Positions 48,141 through 57,213 of a DNA stretch of 64,000 bases are shown one piece after another. Origin of the DNA: Eubacteriales bacterium (lineage in GTDB: Bacteria > Bacillota > Clostridia > Oscillospirales > Oscillospiraceae); the NCBI GenBank assembly GCA_030539285.1, contig JAUNSH010000006.1, forward strand, positions 9,027-73,026, written 5' to 3'. The notes below the pieces were generated by a model. That model saw nothing but the letters and a program-made list of their open reading frames with translations, ran no database searches and was not told where the DNA came from. A program made the position numbers and the translations under genes. Positions within the stretch are counted from its first letter, which is position 1. Each line of letters opens with the position of its first letter.

Positions 48141-48989
48141 TCAAATCCTGTTTTCTTTCCACGCAGACAGCTTTGGCACAAACCCGTAGGGAACCACCAG
48201 GTCACCCGTTCCGCTGCCTAGATGGATATCAGGCTTATTCTCGCCATGGAAATCACTTCCGCCGCTTTCCAGCAGCTTAAACTCCCGCGCGATGGCAGAA
48301 GCAGCCGCGGTCACTTCCGGGGCGTAAGTGGAATACCGTGTTTCCATTGCGGCAAGACCCTTTTCTTTCGCTTCTGCCAAAAGCCCCCGGAGTTCATCCT
48401 CCGTCAGACTGAGAAGGGGATGCGCCAGCACGGGCACCGCATTGATCGCGTGCAGAAAACGAACTGCTTCCAATGCAGGAATGCGCTCCGGCGGGATATA
48501 GAGTCCGTTTTTCGCGGATAGAACGCCACGAAATGCTTCTTTCATTTCACGGATATAGCCCTTTCTCAAAAGTTCCGAGGCAATCACAGCACGATTCACA
48601 TTTCCTTGATGCCTCTCCCGAATTTCCCCGTAGCTTAATTCGTACCCGGCTGTATGCAATGCCGCGACCAGCGCGCAGTTGCTTTCCTCTTTTCTTCGAT
48701 TGATGACATCAAGAAAGTCCGTAAGTTTGGCATACTTTTCCTGTTCCAGAAACAGGCCAACGATATGAACTTCCTTCCCAAGATACCCTGTGGAGATTTC
48801 CACGCCGGAAATTGCTTCAAGAGCTGTCCCCCGGGCTGCACCCAGAAACTCCGTCAAACCGGCGACGGAGTTATGATCCGTAAGGGCAACCGCGCTCAGA
48901 TTAGCCCGAAGCGCTTCCATAACGATTTGGGATGGGGTAAATGTTCCATCAGAGAAAGTCGAATGGGTATGCAAATCGCAAGTAATCAT
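48141..48989 (-). CDS. PHP-family phosphoesterase (YciV/TrpH-like)
   Basis: DLHTHSTFSDG, LTDH, GVEIS, LAHP, GGSDFHG. Confidence 0.9.
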   Translation of the reverse strand: MITCDLHTHSTFSDGTFTPSQIVMEALRANLSAVALTDHNSVAGLTEFLGAARGTALEAISGVEISTGYLGKEVHIVGLFLEQEKYAKLTDFLDVINRRKEESNCALVAALHTAGYELSYGEIRERHQGNVNRAVIASELLRKGYIREMKEAFRGVLSAKNGLYIPPERIPALEAVRFLHAINAVPVLAHPLLSLTEDELRGLLAEAKEKGLAAMETRYSTYAPEVTAAASAIAREFKLLESGGSDFHGENKPDIHLGSGTGDLVVPYGFVPKLSAWKENRI

Positions 48990-49165
48990 GTGTTATCCTC
49001 TTTTCTGTCTAAACACACATTCCACTATATATCATAGTTGTCCGTTTCCAGAAAGTCAACACAGGTTATTCTGTTAATACCGGTTACTTGATTGGCAACG
49101 AATTGCCACCATGGGTCGAACCTGGGGAGAATGAAGCCCGGGTTCAACGCCCGGGCTTCCGCTGT

Positions 49166-49726
49166 TTACTTGAGTTGCACGCCATCGTGGAACGCCTGTC
49201 CGACCTTTTCGCCCAGAACCAAATACTGATTGTTCATGGTGTCAAAGGTGATGGGACGGAGCTTACCCACATCCACTTTGCCGTTCTCTCCAAGAACGGA
49301 TTCGTCAGCAGACACATTGACGATTCTCCCCACCAGGCGGCAGGTTTCGGGGTCGTAGGAGATCACCTCACACTCCAGCGCCATGGGCAGTTCATCGATG
49401 AGGGGCGCGTCCACATATTCTGACTTCGTTGCGTGGAAACCCGCCTTGGCAAACTTGTCCGGCTCCTTGTTCCCGGACACGAGGCCCACATAGTCACAAG
49501 CTGCCACATGGTCGGCAGTTGCCATGGACACCGTGAACGCCTTACGGGTCATCAGATTTTCGGCGGTCTTGTGACCGGAGTCCACGCAGATGGTGATTTC
49601 CGTCTCCTCGCTGATGCCGCCCCAGGCCGCGTTCATGGCGTTGGGAGTGCCATCCGCGTTGTAGGTGCCGATGATGAATACCGGCATGGGGTAACAGATT
49701 GCCTTTGCACCAAAGCTTTTTCTCAT
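49166..49726 (-). CDS. Flavin reductase-like FMN-binding protein
   Basis: YPMPVFIIGT, NAMNAAWGG, APLIDELPMALEC. Confidence 0.88.
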   Translation of the reverse strand: MRKSFGAKAICYPMPVFIIGTYNADGTPNAMNAAWGGISEETEITICVDSGHKTAENLMTRKAFTVSMATADHVAACDYVGLVSGNKEPDKFAKAGFHATKSEYVDAPLIDELPMALECEVISYDPETCRLVGRIVNVSADESVLGENGKVDVGKLRPITFDTMNNQYLVLGEKVGQAFHDGVQLK

Positions 49727-49911
49727 TATATTATCCTCCATAACATTTCAAAGAATGCTGCTTTTGTGTGTCCTGATTTTAATATATCCACCAGGTGACA
49801 AGATTGCAACAAAAATTCACACACTCATTAAATAAATGTGTGCGAGAATAAAGATAAAATGAAAAGTATTCCGCACGGTGATTAGTCGTGCGGAATTTTG
49901 TCAGATCTCGA

Positions 49912-50090
49912 AAGGGTGTCGCGTTTCGCGACACCCTTCTGGCGTTAAGGATCATCCAATGAATAGAATTCGGAAGATTTACAGGGTCAACCTGAGGCAG
50001 AGGAAACCGTACGGAATGCTGTACAGAAGCCGCTTGACCGGTTATCTATGAAGAGATGCCGGGGTGTCGTGAAACGCGACACCCCGGCAT
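49912..50090. repeat. Two related palindromes gggtgtcgYgaaacgcgacaccc
   Basis: 49912-38 and 50056-90 in opposite orientation; degenerate copy at 56593-615. Confidence 0.7.
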
Positions 50091-50390
50091 TTTTGCAATG
50101 TGTTTCTGCCCGGTGGTTCCTATAATCTTTTCCCCAGTCCAGTTTTTCCCCTGTGCGTTTACAGAGTTCGTTTGCACGATGTAGAAAACAGGAAGCCTAC
50201 CATGGCTTACAGTACCTTTGCAGCATTTGCAGGTCGAGGATACGGAGTATCCGGATATCACCTCGCAGCTGACCGCGCTGGGGTAAAACGCAAATGTGAT
50301 CAACCGCTACCATAATGTGACAAGTTAGTTCCTAAAAAACGAAATCCATTTCCTTTAGAATAACAGCAGCCAGAACGAACGCTCTGATTG

Positions 50391-50848
50391 TGCAGTTCGT
50401 TACCACCCAGCAGACGGAACTGGCACTATTTGTGCTAGTAATGCAGCAAAAGTAGCACAACCAGTCCCTGTTGGAAGCCCTTTGGACTCGGTACAATATG
50501 CAAGTAGGAAAAACCTATAACCGAAATCTTGAAAATTGCGTACCATTCACCAGACACATTCCCGCGCAAGAAGCTATGCGGGCGGCACGCCAAGACTTCC
50601 CGAAAAGGAACAGCCGTGATCTGTTTTGCGCCAATCATGCAGTCCGTTACCCCCGGCAGGCGGAACTGGCACTATTTGTGTCAGCAAAGTGGCACAACCA
50701 GTCCCTGTTGGAAGCCCTTTGGACTCGGTACAATACGCATGTAAAAAGCCGCAACCTGAATCTTGAAAACTGAATATCATTCACCAGATACATTCCCGTG
50801 CAAGGAGCTATGCGGGCGGCACGCCGAGACTTCCCGAAAAGGAACAGC
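50391..50848 (+). repeat. Imperfect tandem duplication, period 247 bp
   Basis: Units start at 50391 and 50638; long identical blocks such as gcacaaccagtccctgttggaagccctttggactcggtacaata. Confidence 0.9.
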
Positions 50849-51032
50849 GATTCATGCCAGCCCCAAAATGTCGGATTGCAACCGGCACAGCGACGAACCT
50901 GTACAGGGATAATGATACTTCCGTAATTCGCGGCCCGGCCATAAGGAAGGCGGGGAGGTTCGATTCCTATGGAGCAGCACAGCAGGCTGCCGTCTGGTGA
51001 CTTCCCGTATCTCAGGGCGTCGAGGACAAATA
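50760..51032 (+). ncRNA. Candidate structured leader RNA (copy in middle element)
   Basis: Same ordered motifs as 27726-28088; T-loop-like ggttcgattcc at 50957-67. Confidence 0.5.
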
Positions 51033-51134
51033 TGGGATTACAGATACATTTATGCGAAAGCCTTCTTTCGCACATTCGCGCATTGGGCGAATCTCCTGTA
51101 CAATGGGTTTACACTAAAACAGGAGGTAAGCAAT

Positions 51135-51482
51135 ATGGAAATCACATATGTCAAATGTGGGGACTATTACATTCCCGATCTGACCTTGCCGGAGGAGCCG
51201 CGACCCATGGGGAAATGGGGGCGGATGCACCGGGAATACCTGAAGGCAACGCATCCCATTACCTACACCAATCTGATTCTGTCCGGGAAGCTTTGGACCT
51301 ATCTTGCAGACCTGAACGAACAGGCGCAGCTGCGGCTGGACACGCTGGTGTCCCAGATGAAGGCTGACGAAGGAATCACAGAAGCGCTGAAAGCCAGAGA
51401 CCCGATGCAATGGGTGCAGCGGATGAACAGCATCCGGGACAGAGCGGAGGAAATTCTCCGTGAGGAGCTGATTTATGTATGA
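51135..51482 (+). CDS. tnpV: TnpV-family protein
   Basis: ITY..GDYYIPDL..GKWGRM..YL..WVQRMNSIR..AEE. Confidence 0.9.
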   Translation: MEITYVKCGDYYIPDLTLPEEPRPMGKWGRMHREYLKATHPITYTNLILSGKLWTYLADLNEQAQLRLDTLVSQMKADEGITEALKARDPMQWVQRMNSIRDRAEEILREELIYV

Positions 51483-51790
51483 CAGCACTGGAATTTGTTT
51501 CTTTTCTTGACCGCTATATCGCCGATAAACCGCCGAACTTTGGCGATGGAGATTCCGTCCTGACCCTTTTGTATGAAGCGTACAACGATGCAAACAACAT
51601 GGACAGTGACGACATCAAATCTGGCTTTCATGAATTGTACCAGATAATGAACGGAATGCCCCTGCGGGAGATGGACACGATTGTGAATCCCGTCTGCGCC
51701 CTTTGCCGGGACTATGAGCAAGCCGGATTTGTACATGGCGTGGAGGTTGGAATGCTTCTGGCAAAGGAACTGAATAAAGCTTATACCTGA
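51479..51790 (+). CDS. Small helical protein (DUF6809-like)
   Basis: C-terminal EQAGFVHGVEVGM motif; coupled to tnpV. Confidence 0.6.
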   Translation: MTALEFVSFLDRYIADKPPNFGDGDSVLTLLYEAYNDANNMDSDDIKSGFHELYQIMNGMPLREMDTIVNPVCALCRDYEQAGFVHGVEVGMLLAKELNKAYT

Positions 51791-51792
51791 AC

Positions 51793-51839
51793 AAAAAGCC
51801 CATCGAACGCGGCACGCAGCACGCTCGACGGGCTTTTTC
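51793..51839. terminator. Internal terminator-like hairpin
   Basis: aaaaagcccatcga...tcgacgggcttttt. Confidence 0.6.
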
Positions 51840-51972
51840 ATTTACAACGCATGCTTCATCTGGCACGAGGACGAATTGTTCCAATCGCGCCTCCATTTCC
51901 GCTTTTGCGGAGGTGGGGGCTTTTCTCATGCCTGAAAGAATCATCTCCCGGAAACACAAGAAAGGAATCATC

Positions 51973-52614
51973 GTGATCAACTTCGCACAAATCAAACAGT
52001 CCGTTACCACCCGGCAGGCGGCGGAGGCCTACGGGCTTTCCGTCAATTCCCGCGGTATGTGCCGCTGTCCCTTTCACAACGACCACACGCCCAGCATGAA
52101 GGTGGACGAAACCTTCTACTGCTTCGGCTGCGGGGCCGTGGGAGATGTGATCACCTTCACCGCTCGACTATTTGGAATCAGCGCCGGTTCCGCTGCGAGG
52201 AAACTGGAAGTGGATTTTGGAATCGTCGGCGGCGATGTGGTTGTCATCCAGAAATCCCCGGCACAGCGAAAATTCGAGGACTGGGTGTATCACGCCCGGG
52301 AGGTTCTGCGGGAATACGATCTGCTGCTCGTGAAGTGGAAGTCCAGACCACCCAATCCGGGTGAAGACTTCCCGACCCACTTTACAGAAGCACTTCAACA
52401 CAGCGCCACAGCAAAGCAGCTGCTGTGGGAACTGTCCTTTGGTACGGAGGAAGAAAAACAGGATATCTATTTACACTACAAGGAGAAACTCAAGGAATAT
52501 GAACAGAGAATCCACGACTATGACAAAAGAGGGAATCCGTCTGATGCTCCAGACCAACAGCAAGGGCGCCGTCATGTAGAGTCTCGGAAACTGTATGCTG
52601 GTGTTCCAGAATGA
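51973..52614 (+). CDS. CHC2 zinc-finger primase-like protein
   Basis: CPFHNDHTPS..FYCFGCG; GTG start after aaagga. Confidence 0.85.
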   Translation: MINFAQIKQSVTTRQAAEAYGLSVNSRGMCRCPFHNDHTPSMKVDETFYCFGCGAVGDVITFTARLFGISAGSAARKLEVDFGIVGGDVVVIQKSPAQRKFEDWVYHAREVLREYDLLLVKWKSRPPNPGEDFPTHFTEALQHSATAKQLLWELSFGTEEEKQDIYLHYKEKLKEYEQRIHDYDKRGNPSDAPDQQQGRRHVESRKLYAGVPE

Positions 52615-53806
52615 CCCCCTTCTGAAAGGTTCCATCCGCCGAAACAGTCTAACTGAACGGATTGACATTGAGAGGGATCTGGGCTGGTGCCGCTCCGATA
52701 CAGCGGTAACAGACACGGATATCAACTACCTGCGGCTGTATTTTGAGGAGAATTACAGCATAACTGCGGAAAAGAACATCCAGTGCGCGCTGGATATTGT
52801 GGCAAACGAGGCGCACTATCACCCCATCTGCGATGTTTTGCTGGGACTGCAATGGGATGGTGAGGAGCGCATCTGCAACGCACTGACCAGATTTCTGGGC
52901 GTAGAGAAAACCCCGTACACAACGGAAGCCTTCAAGATCTTCCTGCTGGGTGCAATTCAGCGGGTTTTCCATCCGGGCAGCAAATTTGATACCATGCTGT
53001 GTCTGGTGGGCGGGCAGGGCGCAGGCAAGTCCACATTCATCCGCCTGCTGGCAATGAATGACAGCTGGTTTTCGGATGACATCAAAAAGCTGTCGGACGA
53101 CAATCTGTACCGGATGCTCTACGGACACTGGATTATTGAGATGGCAGAAATGCTGGCAACCGCCAACGCCAGGAGCATTGAGGAAATCAAATCCTTCCTG
53201 AGCCGTCAGAAGGATACCTATAAGGTTCCCTACGAGAAGTACCCGAAGGATCGGCCCCGGCAGTGCGTCTTTGCCGGCACCTCCAATACCATGGACTTTC
53301 TGCCGCTGGACAGAAGCGGCAACCGTCGCTTTCTCCCGGTGCTGGTCAACGCGGAGAAGGCGGAAGCCCACATTCTGGCAGACGAAGCCGCCTCCCGGGC
53401 GTACATCCAGCAGGTCTGGGCAGAGGCCATGACCATTTACCAGAGCGGAAACTACAGTCTGGTTCTGCCCCCGGAGCTGGAAGAAATCGCGCGGGCTGCA
53501 CAGCGGGAGTTTATGCCGGAGGACAGCAAGGCCGGACTGATTCAGAAATTCCTGGACAGCTACAAGGGAGACTATGTCTGTTCTCTCATGCTCTACCGGG
53601 AGGCACTGGGCAACGGTTTTTCTGAGCCGAAGCAGCAGGAGCTGCGGGAGATCGGCAGTATCATGAACGATTCCGTCTCCGGCTGGGAGAAGGGTGCTCA
53701 GCACCGCTTTGAAATCTACGGGCAGCAACGCTCCTGGCGGCGTGTCAAAACGGAAGCCTTCCCGCTGATCGAAGAACAGCTGGCCCTCCCGGATGGCTGG
53801 GCGTAA
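52499..53806 (+). pseudogene. Virulence-associated E (VapE) ATPase/helicase with an in-frame TAG at 52577-79
   Basis: GGQGAGKS, WIIEMAE, RQCVFAGTSN, GNRRF; the upstream frame continues through the stop. Confidence 0.8.
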
Positions 53807-54008
53807 ACAGCTCCGGTTTGCCCTGTTGACAGGATAATACCATTTTTTGTTCAGCCAATCTACAAAAGAGGTGATTTTACTTGAAAACTTGCAACTATGT
53901 TTCTTTTCCCTTTTGTAAACAAGGGGGAAGTAAAAAGAACAGAGCAAATGACATGGCAACAAGTTATTCGGTGTGCGTTGACGCACCGGGATTACAGGAG
54001 GACACAGC

Positions 54009-54863
54009 TTGCAGACAAACACACCACCCCGCGCAGAGTTCTTACCCATCGACAAACTACGCCCCTTTGAGAATCATCCCTTCCGGGTGAAGGATGATGC
54101 CGAAATGGACCAGCTGGTTTTCAGCGTCCTGACCCAAGGGTTGTTGACGCCCATCGTGGTTCGGGAAACCGATACAGAGGAATATGAGGTGATCTCCGGT
54201 CATCGGAGACTCCGGGCGTGCCAAAAGGCAGGAATCGAAACGGTTCCTGCCTTAATTTATTCCATGGATCGGGATGCCGCCATCATCGCACTGGTTGACA
54301 GCAACCTCCACCGGGAGCATCTGCTGCCCAGCGAAAAAGCCTTTGCGTACAAGATGAAAATGGAGGCTGAAAGCCGCCAAGGGCAACGCAATGATTTAAC
54401 TTCAGGCCAAGTTGGACCGAAGTTAACCGCCTCTACAATTTCAGAGGACAGTGCGTCTCAAGTCAAACGCTACATCCGCCTGACCTATCTCATCCCGGAG
54501 ATTTTGCAGATGGTGGATGAAAAGAAAATTGCCCTGACCCCCGCTGTGGAGCTTTCCTATCTGACAGAATCGGAGCAGCGGGATTTGCTGGAGACGATGG
54601 AAAGCGAGGATTGCACGCCTTCGCTTTCCCAGTCCCAGCAGTTGAAAAAGTTGAGCCAGTCAGGAGCGCTGGACATGGATCGGATTCTGGAGCTGTTGCA
54701 GCAGCCCAAAGCCAACCAGGAAGAAAAACTGCGGTTCGATATGAAAGACATCCGCCGTTACTTCCCCAAGAACTATACCACTGAGAGAATACAGAAAACA
54801 ATTCTGCAATTACTGGAAAAATACGAACGAAATTGGAAAAGGAGATCCCTCGATGAACGATAA
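54009..54863 (+). CDS. ParB/RepB/Spo0J-family protein
   Basis: HPF, GLLTPIVVR, YEVISGHRR, VDSNLHRE; TTG start after aggagg. Confidence 0.9.
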   Translation: MQTNTPPRAEFLPIDKLRPFENHPFRVKDDAEMDQLVFSVLTQGLLTPIVVRETDTEEYEVISGHRRLRACQKAGIETVPALIYSMDRDAAIIALVDSNLHREHLLPSEKAFAYKMKMEAESRQGQRNDLTSGQVGPKLTASTISEDSASQVKRYIRLTYLIPEILQMVDEKKIALTPAVELSYLTESEQRDLLETMESEDCTPSLSQSQQLKKLSQSGALDMDRILELLQQPKANQEEKLRFDMKDIRRYFPKNYTTERIQKTILQLLEKYERNWKRRSLDER

Positions 54864-55050
54864 GATTAGGAATATGAGCGTTATGAATATCAAGCAGACC
54901 GTGGAGCGCGCCAACGCCAGCGGCATCAACATCAGCGAGTACACTCTGCGCCGTGCCATCCGCACCAGGCAGCTTCCCTGCAAGGTCATTGGCAGAACCT
55001 ACCTGATTCCTTGGGATGGTTTTCTGCGCTGGGTCAACTGCGAACAGTAA
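54853..55050 (+). CDS. Excisionase-like HTH protein
   Basis: ISEYTLRRAIRTRQLPCKVIGRTYLI; directly before the integrase. Confidence 0.8.
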   Translation: MNDKIRNMSVMNIKQTVERANASGINISEYTLRRAIRTRQLPCKVIGRTYLIPWDGFLRWVNCEQ

Positions 55051-55123
55051 GCCGCACATTTGTCACACGCTGGCTCACAGTTTATGATAGCTGTGAGCCA
55101 GTCCCACGGAAAGGAGAATGTAT

Positions 55124-56521
55124 ATGGCATCCATCGAACCAAGATATAATAAAGCCGGTCAGCTGATGCACTATCGGCTGATCGTCTCTGGAGGCCTAAA
55201 CTGGGAGGGAAAACAGATCAAGCGCACCACCACATGGAAACCACCCCGTCCGAACATGAGCAAGAAACAAATGGAACGGGAAGCGATGGCCGCGGCCTTC
55301 AAATTTGAAGAGGCAATCCAGGCAGGTTATGATATCGACAAGGTGAAACGCTTCTGCGATTATGCAGACTATGTGCTGGATTTGAAGGAGCGCAACGGTC
55401 TCGCGCCAACCACGATCGAGCGGTATCGGGCGATGCTCCCGAGAATCAACGATGCCATCGGACACCTGAAGCTGACACAGATTCGTCCACAGCACCTGAA
55501 CGATTTTTACAAAACGCTGTCTGAAAACGGTGTCAGGAATCTCGGCGCCATTGCTGTGGCGAAGAAGGTGTTGAAGAAAAAAGTGGAAGCACTGGGCCAG
55601 CCCAAGCATGTTATTGCAAAAGAATCCGGCATTGCCCATACCACATTGAACGCAGTATTAAATGGCAAGGCCGTGAAGCTAGAAACAGCACAGGGCATTG
55701 CGGATGCACTGGGATACTCGGTGTCAGAAATGTTTACGGTATCCGACCGGAAGAAGCCCCTGTCCAACAAAACCATTCTGGAGCACCACCGCCTGATCTC
55801 CATGATTCTGGCGCAGGCGGATAAGGAAATGCTTGTCCCGTACAATCCCGCCGCGAAAGCCTCGCCGCCCAAAGTCCCCAAGCACGAAGCTGACTACTTC
55901 CAGCCGGAGGAGATTGCCGACATTGTCAAAGCGCTGGAAAAGGCTCCTGTCAAGTGGAAAGCCATGTCCTACATTCTCATTGACACCGGCTGCCGCCGGG
56001 GTGAATTGATGGGTCTGCAATGGAACTGTGTTGATCTGGATAAGGGCATTATGATGATCCGGCAGGCGCTTCTGTACACAAAGGAAAAGGGTACTTATGT
56101 CGGTCCACCCGAAACCGGTCAGCCCCGTGCTATCTGTTTATCCCCGGAAACCATCGGGGTTCTGAAGGAGTATCGCACCGAACAGCTTCGGCAGAAAATC
56201 CGTCATGCGGACATCTGGCAGGATACAGGATTTCTGTTTACCAAGGACGACGGCACGCCTATGCACCCAGACAGCATCACTGACTGGCTGAACAAGTTCA
56301 GTGAGGAAAACGATCTGCCCCACATTCATCCGCACGCCTTCAGACATACCGCAGCTTCCATGATGATTGCCAATGGTGTGGATCTCGTGAACGCAGCCGC
56401 TGAGCTGGGACACGCTACCGCATCCACAACATTGAATATCTATGCCCATCAGGTGGCAAGGGCCCGCGCAGAAGCCAGCGGCGTCCGTGCCGGTGCTTTC
56501 GCAGTTTTAAGACAGGCATGA
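55124..56521 (+). CDS. Tyrosine integrase with an inserted XRE-HTH; catalytic Lys position appears to be Glu
   Basis: TGCRRGE, PETG (versus TKTG in the paralogue), HAFRH, LGHA, Y. Confidence 0.9.
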   Translation: MASIEPRYNKAGQLMHYRLIVSGGLNWEGKQIKRTTTWKPPRPNMSKKQMEREAMAAAFKFEEAIQAGYDIDKVKRFCDYADYVLDLKERNGLAPTTIERYRAMLPRINDAIGHLKLTQIRPQHLNDFYKTLSENGVRNLGAIAVAKKVLKKKVEALGQPKHVIAKESGIAHTTLNAVLNGKAVKLETAQGIADALGYSVSEMFTVSDRKKPLSNKTILEHHRLISMILAQADKEMLVPYNPAAKASPPKVPKHEADYFQPEEIADIVKALEKAPVKWKAMSYILIDTGCRRGELMGLQWNCVDLDKGIMMIRQALLYTKEKGTYVGPPETGQPRAICLSPETIGVLKEYRTEQLRQKIRHADIWQDTGFLFTKDDGTPMHPDSITDWLNKFSEENDLPHIHPHAFRHTAASMMIANGVDLVNAAAELGHATASTTLNIYAHQVARARAEASGVRAGAFAVLRQA

Positions 56522-56525
56522 CAAT

Positions 56526-56567
56526 CGCCCACACGAGATTTTCAAGTCCCGTGTGGGCGCATTTTTT
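56526..56567 (+). terminator. Terminator after the integrase
   Basis: cgcccacacg...cgtgtgggcg followed by cattttttg. Confidence 0.7.
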
Positions 56568-56650
56568 GTTTTCCGATTGGTGTGCCGGCAATGGGTGTAG
56601 TGAAACACGCCACCCTTCCATCAGAATGTCAGCGTTTGCAAAACGCGTTA

Positions 56651-56740
56651 CCTGCCCGAAGGAGCAGATCTGGGGTTTGGGGGATTCCCCAACAAGCAAA
56701 AATCCGGCTGGGTAGCACCCAGACACTGCTTGCCGCTACC
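56651..56740 (+). other. Candidate oriT (MOBP/pC221-like nick motif)
   Basis: ttgggggattccccaa hairpin, caagc, ctgggt-agc-acccag hairpin, then actgcttgcc. Confidence 0.55.
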
Positions 56741-56764
56741 GCAAACCACTAAGAAACAGAGCTG

Positions 56765-57190
56765 CTATTCCCTCCCGACATCTTCCGCGTCAATCACCCG
56801 ATAACCGGCCTCTTTCAGTGCCTGAGCAAAGATGCCCGCCCCGGGGATCAGCTTTCCGGAAAAGCTCCCATCGTAAACCTGATTCACGCCACAGGTGGGA
56901 CTTCTGGATTGCAGAACCGCGCATTGGATTTCCTCCGAAGAAAGCTGCTTCATAGCCATTTCTACTGCCTCGCGCATAGCAGTGTCCACATTCTTTCCGT
57001 CCCGATCCATCAGCACTCCGTCTACGATTTCAATAGGTGTTCTGGGGCAACCCATCCCAGCCATCAGCTCCGGACAAATGGGTAAAATCTCTTTGCCCCG
57101 CACAAATTCTGCAACTGCACCGTTGTAGTTGTTGCCGCCGTTGTATTTACAGTTTTCACCAAGCAGGCACGCGCTGACCAAAACTTTCAT
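56765..57190 (-). CDS. DUF523 (2-thiouracil desulfurase-like) Fe-S protein
   Basis: VSACLLGENCKYNG, CPE, SRSPTCG. Confidence 0.88.
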   Translation of the reverse strand: MKVLVSACLLGENCKYNGGNNYNGAVAEFVRGKEILPICPELMAGMGCPRTPIEIVDGVLMDRDGKNVDTAMREAVEMAMKQLSSEEIQCAVLQSRSPTCGVNQVYDGSFSGKLIPGAGIFAQALKEAGYRVIDAEDVGRE

Positions 57191-57213
57191 AGCAATATCC
57201 GCTCCTTATGATT

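Noticed and set aside
50391-50848. CRISPR-like array
   Set aside because: Two long imperfect units with no short repeat-spacer periodicity and no cas genes in the window
50940-50990. tRNA suggested by ggttcgattcc
   Set aside because: No cloverleaf or acceptor stem around it; treated as a T-loop-like motif in the leader
52577-52579. Programmed amber read-through (pyrrolysine or recoding) in vapE
   Set aside because: No pyl genes in the window, and TAG serves as a normal stop elsewhere (e.g. 28925-27); a nonsense mutation is simpler
52649-54055. 468-aa minus-strand ORF
   Set aside because: Antisense shadow of vapE
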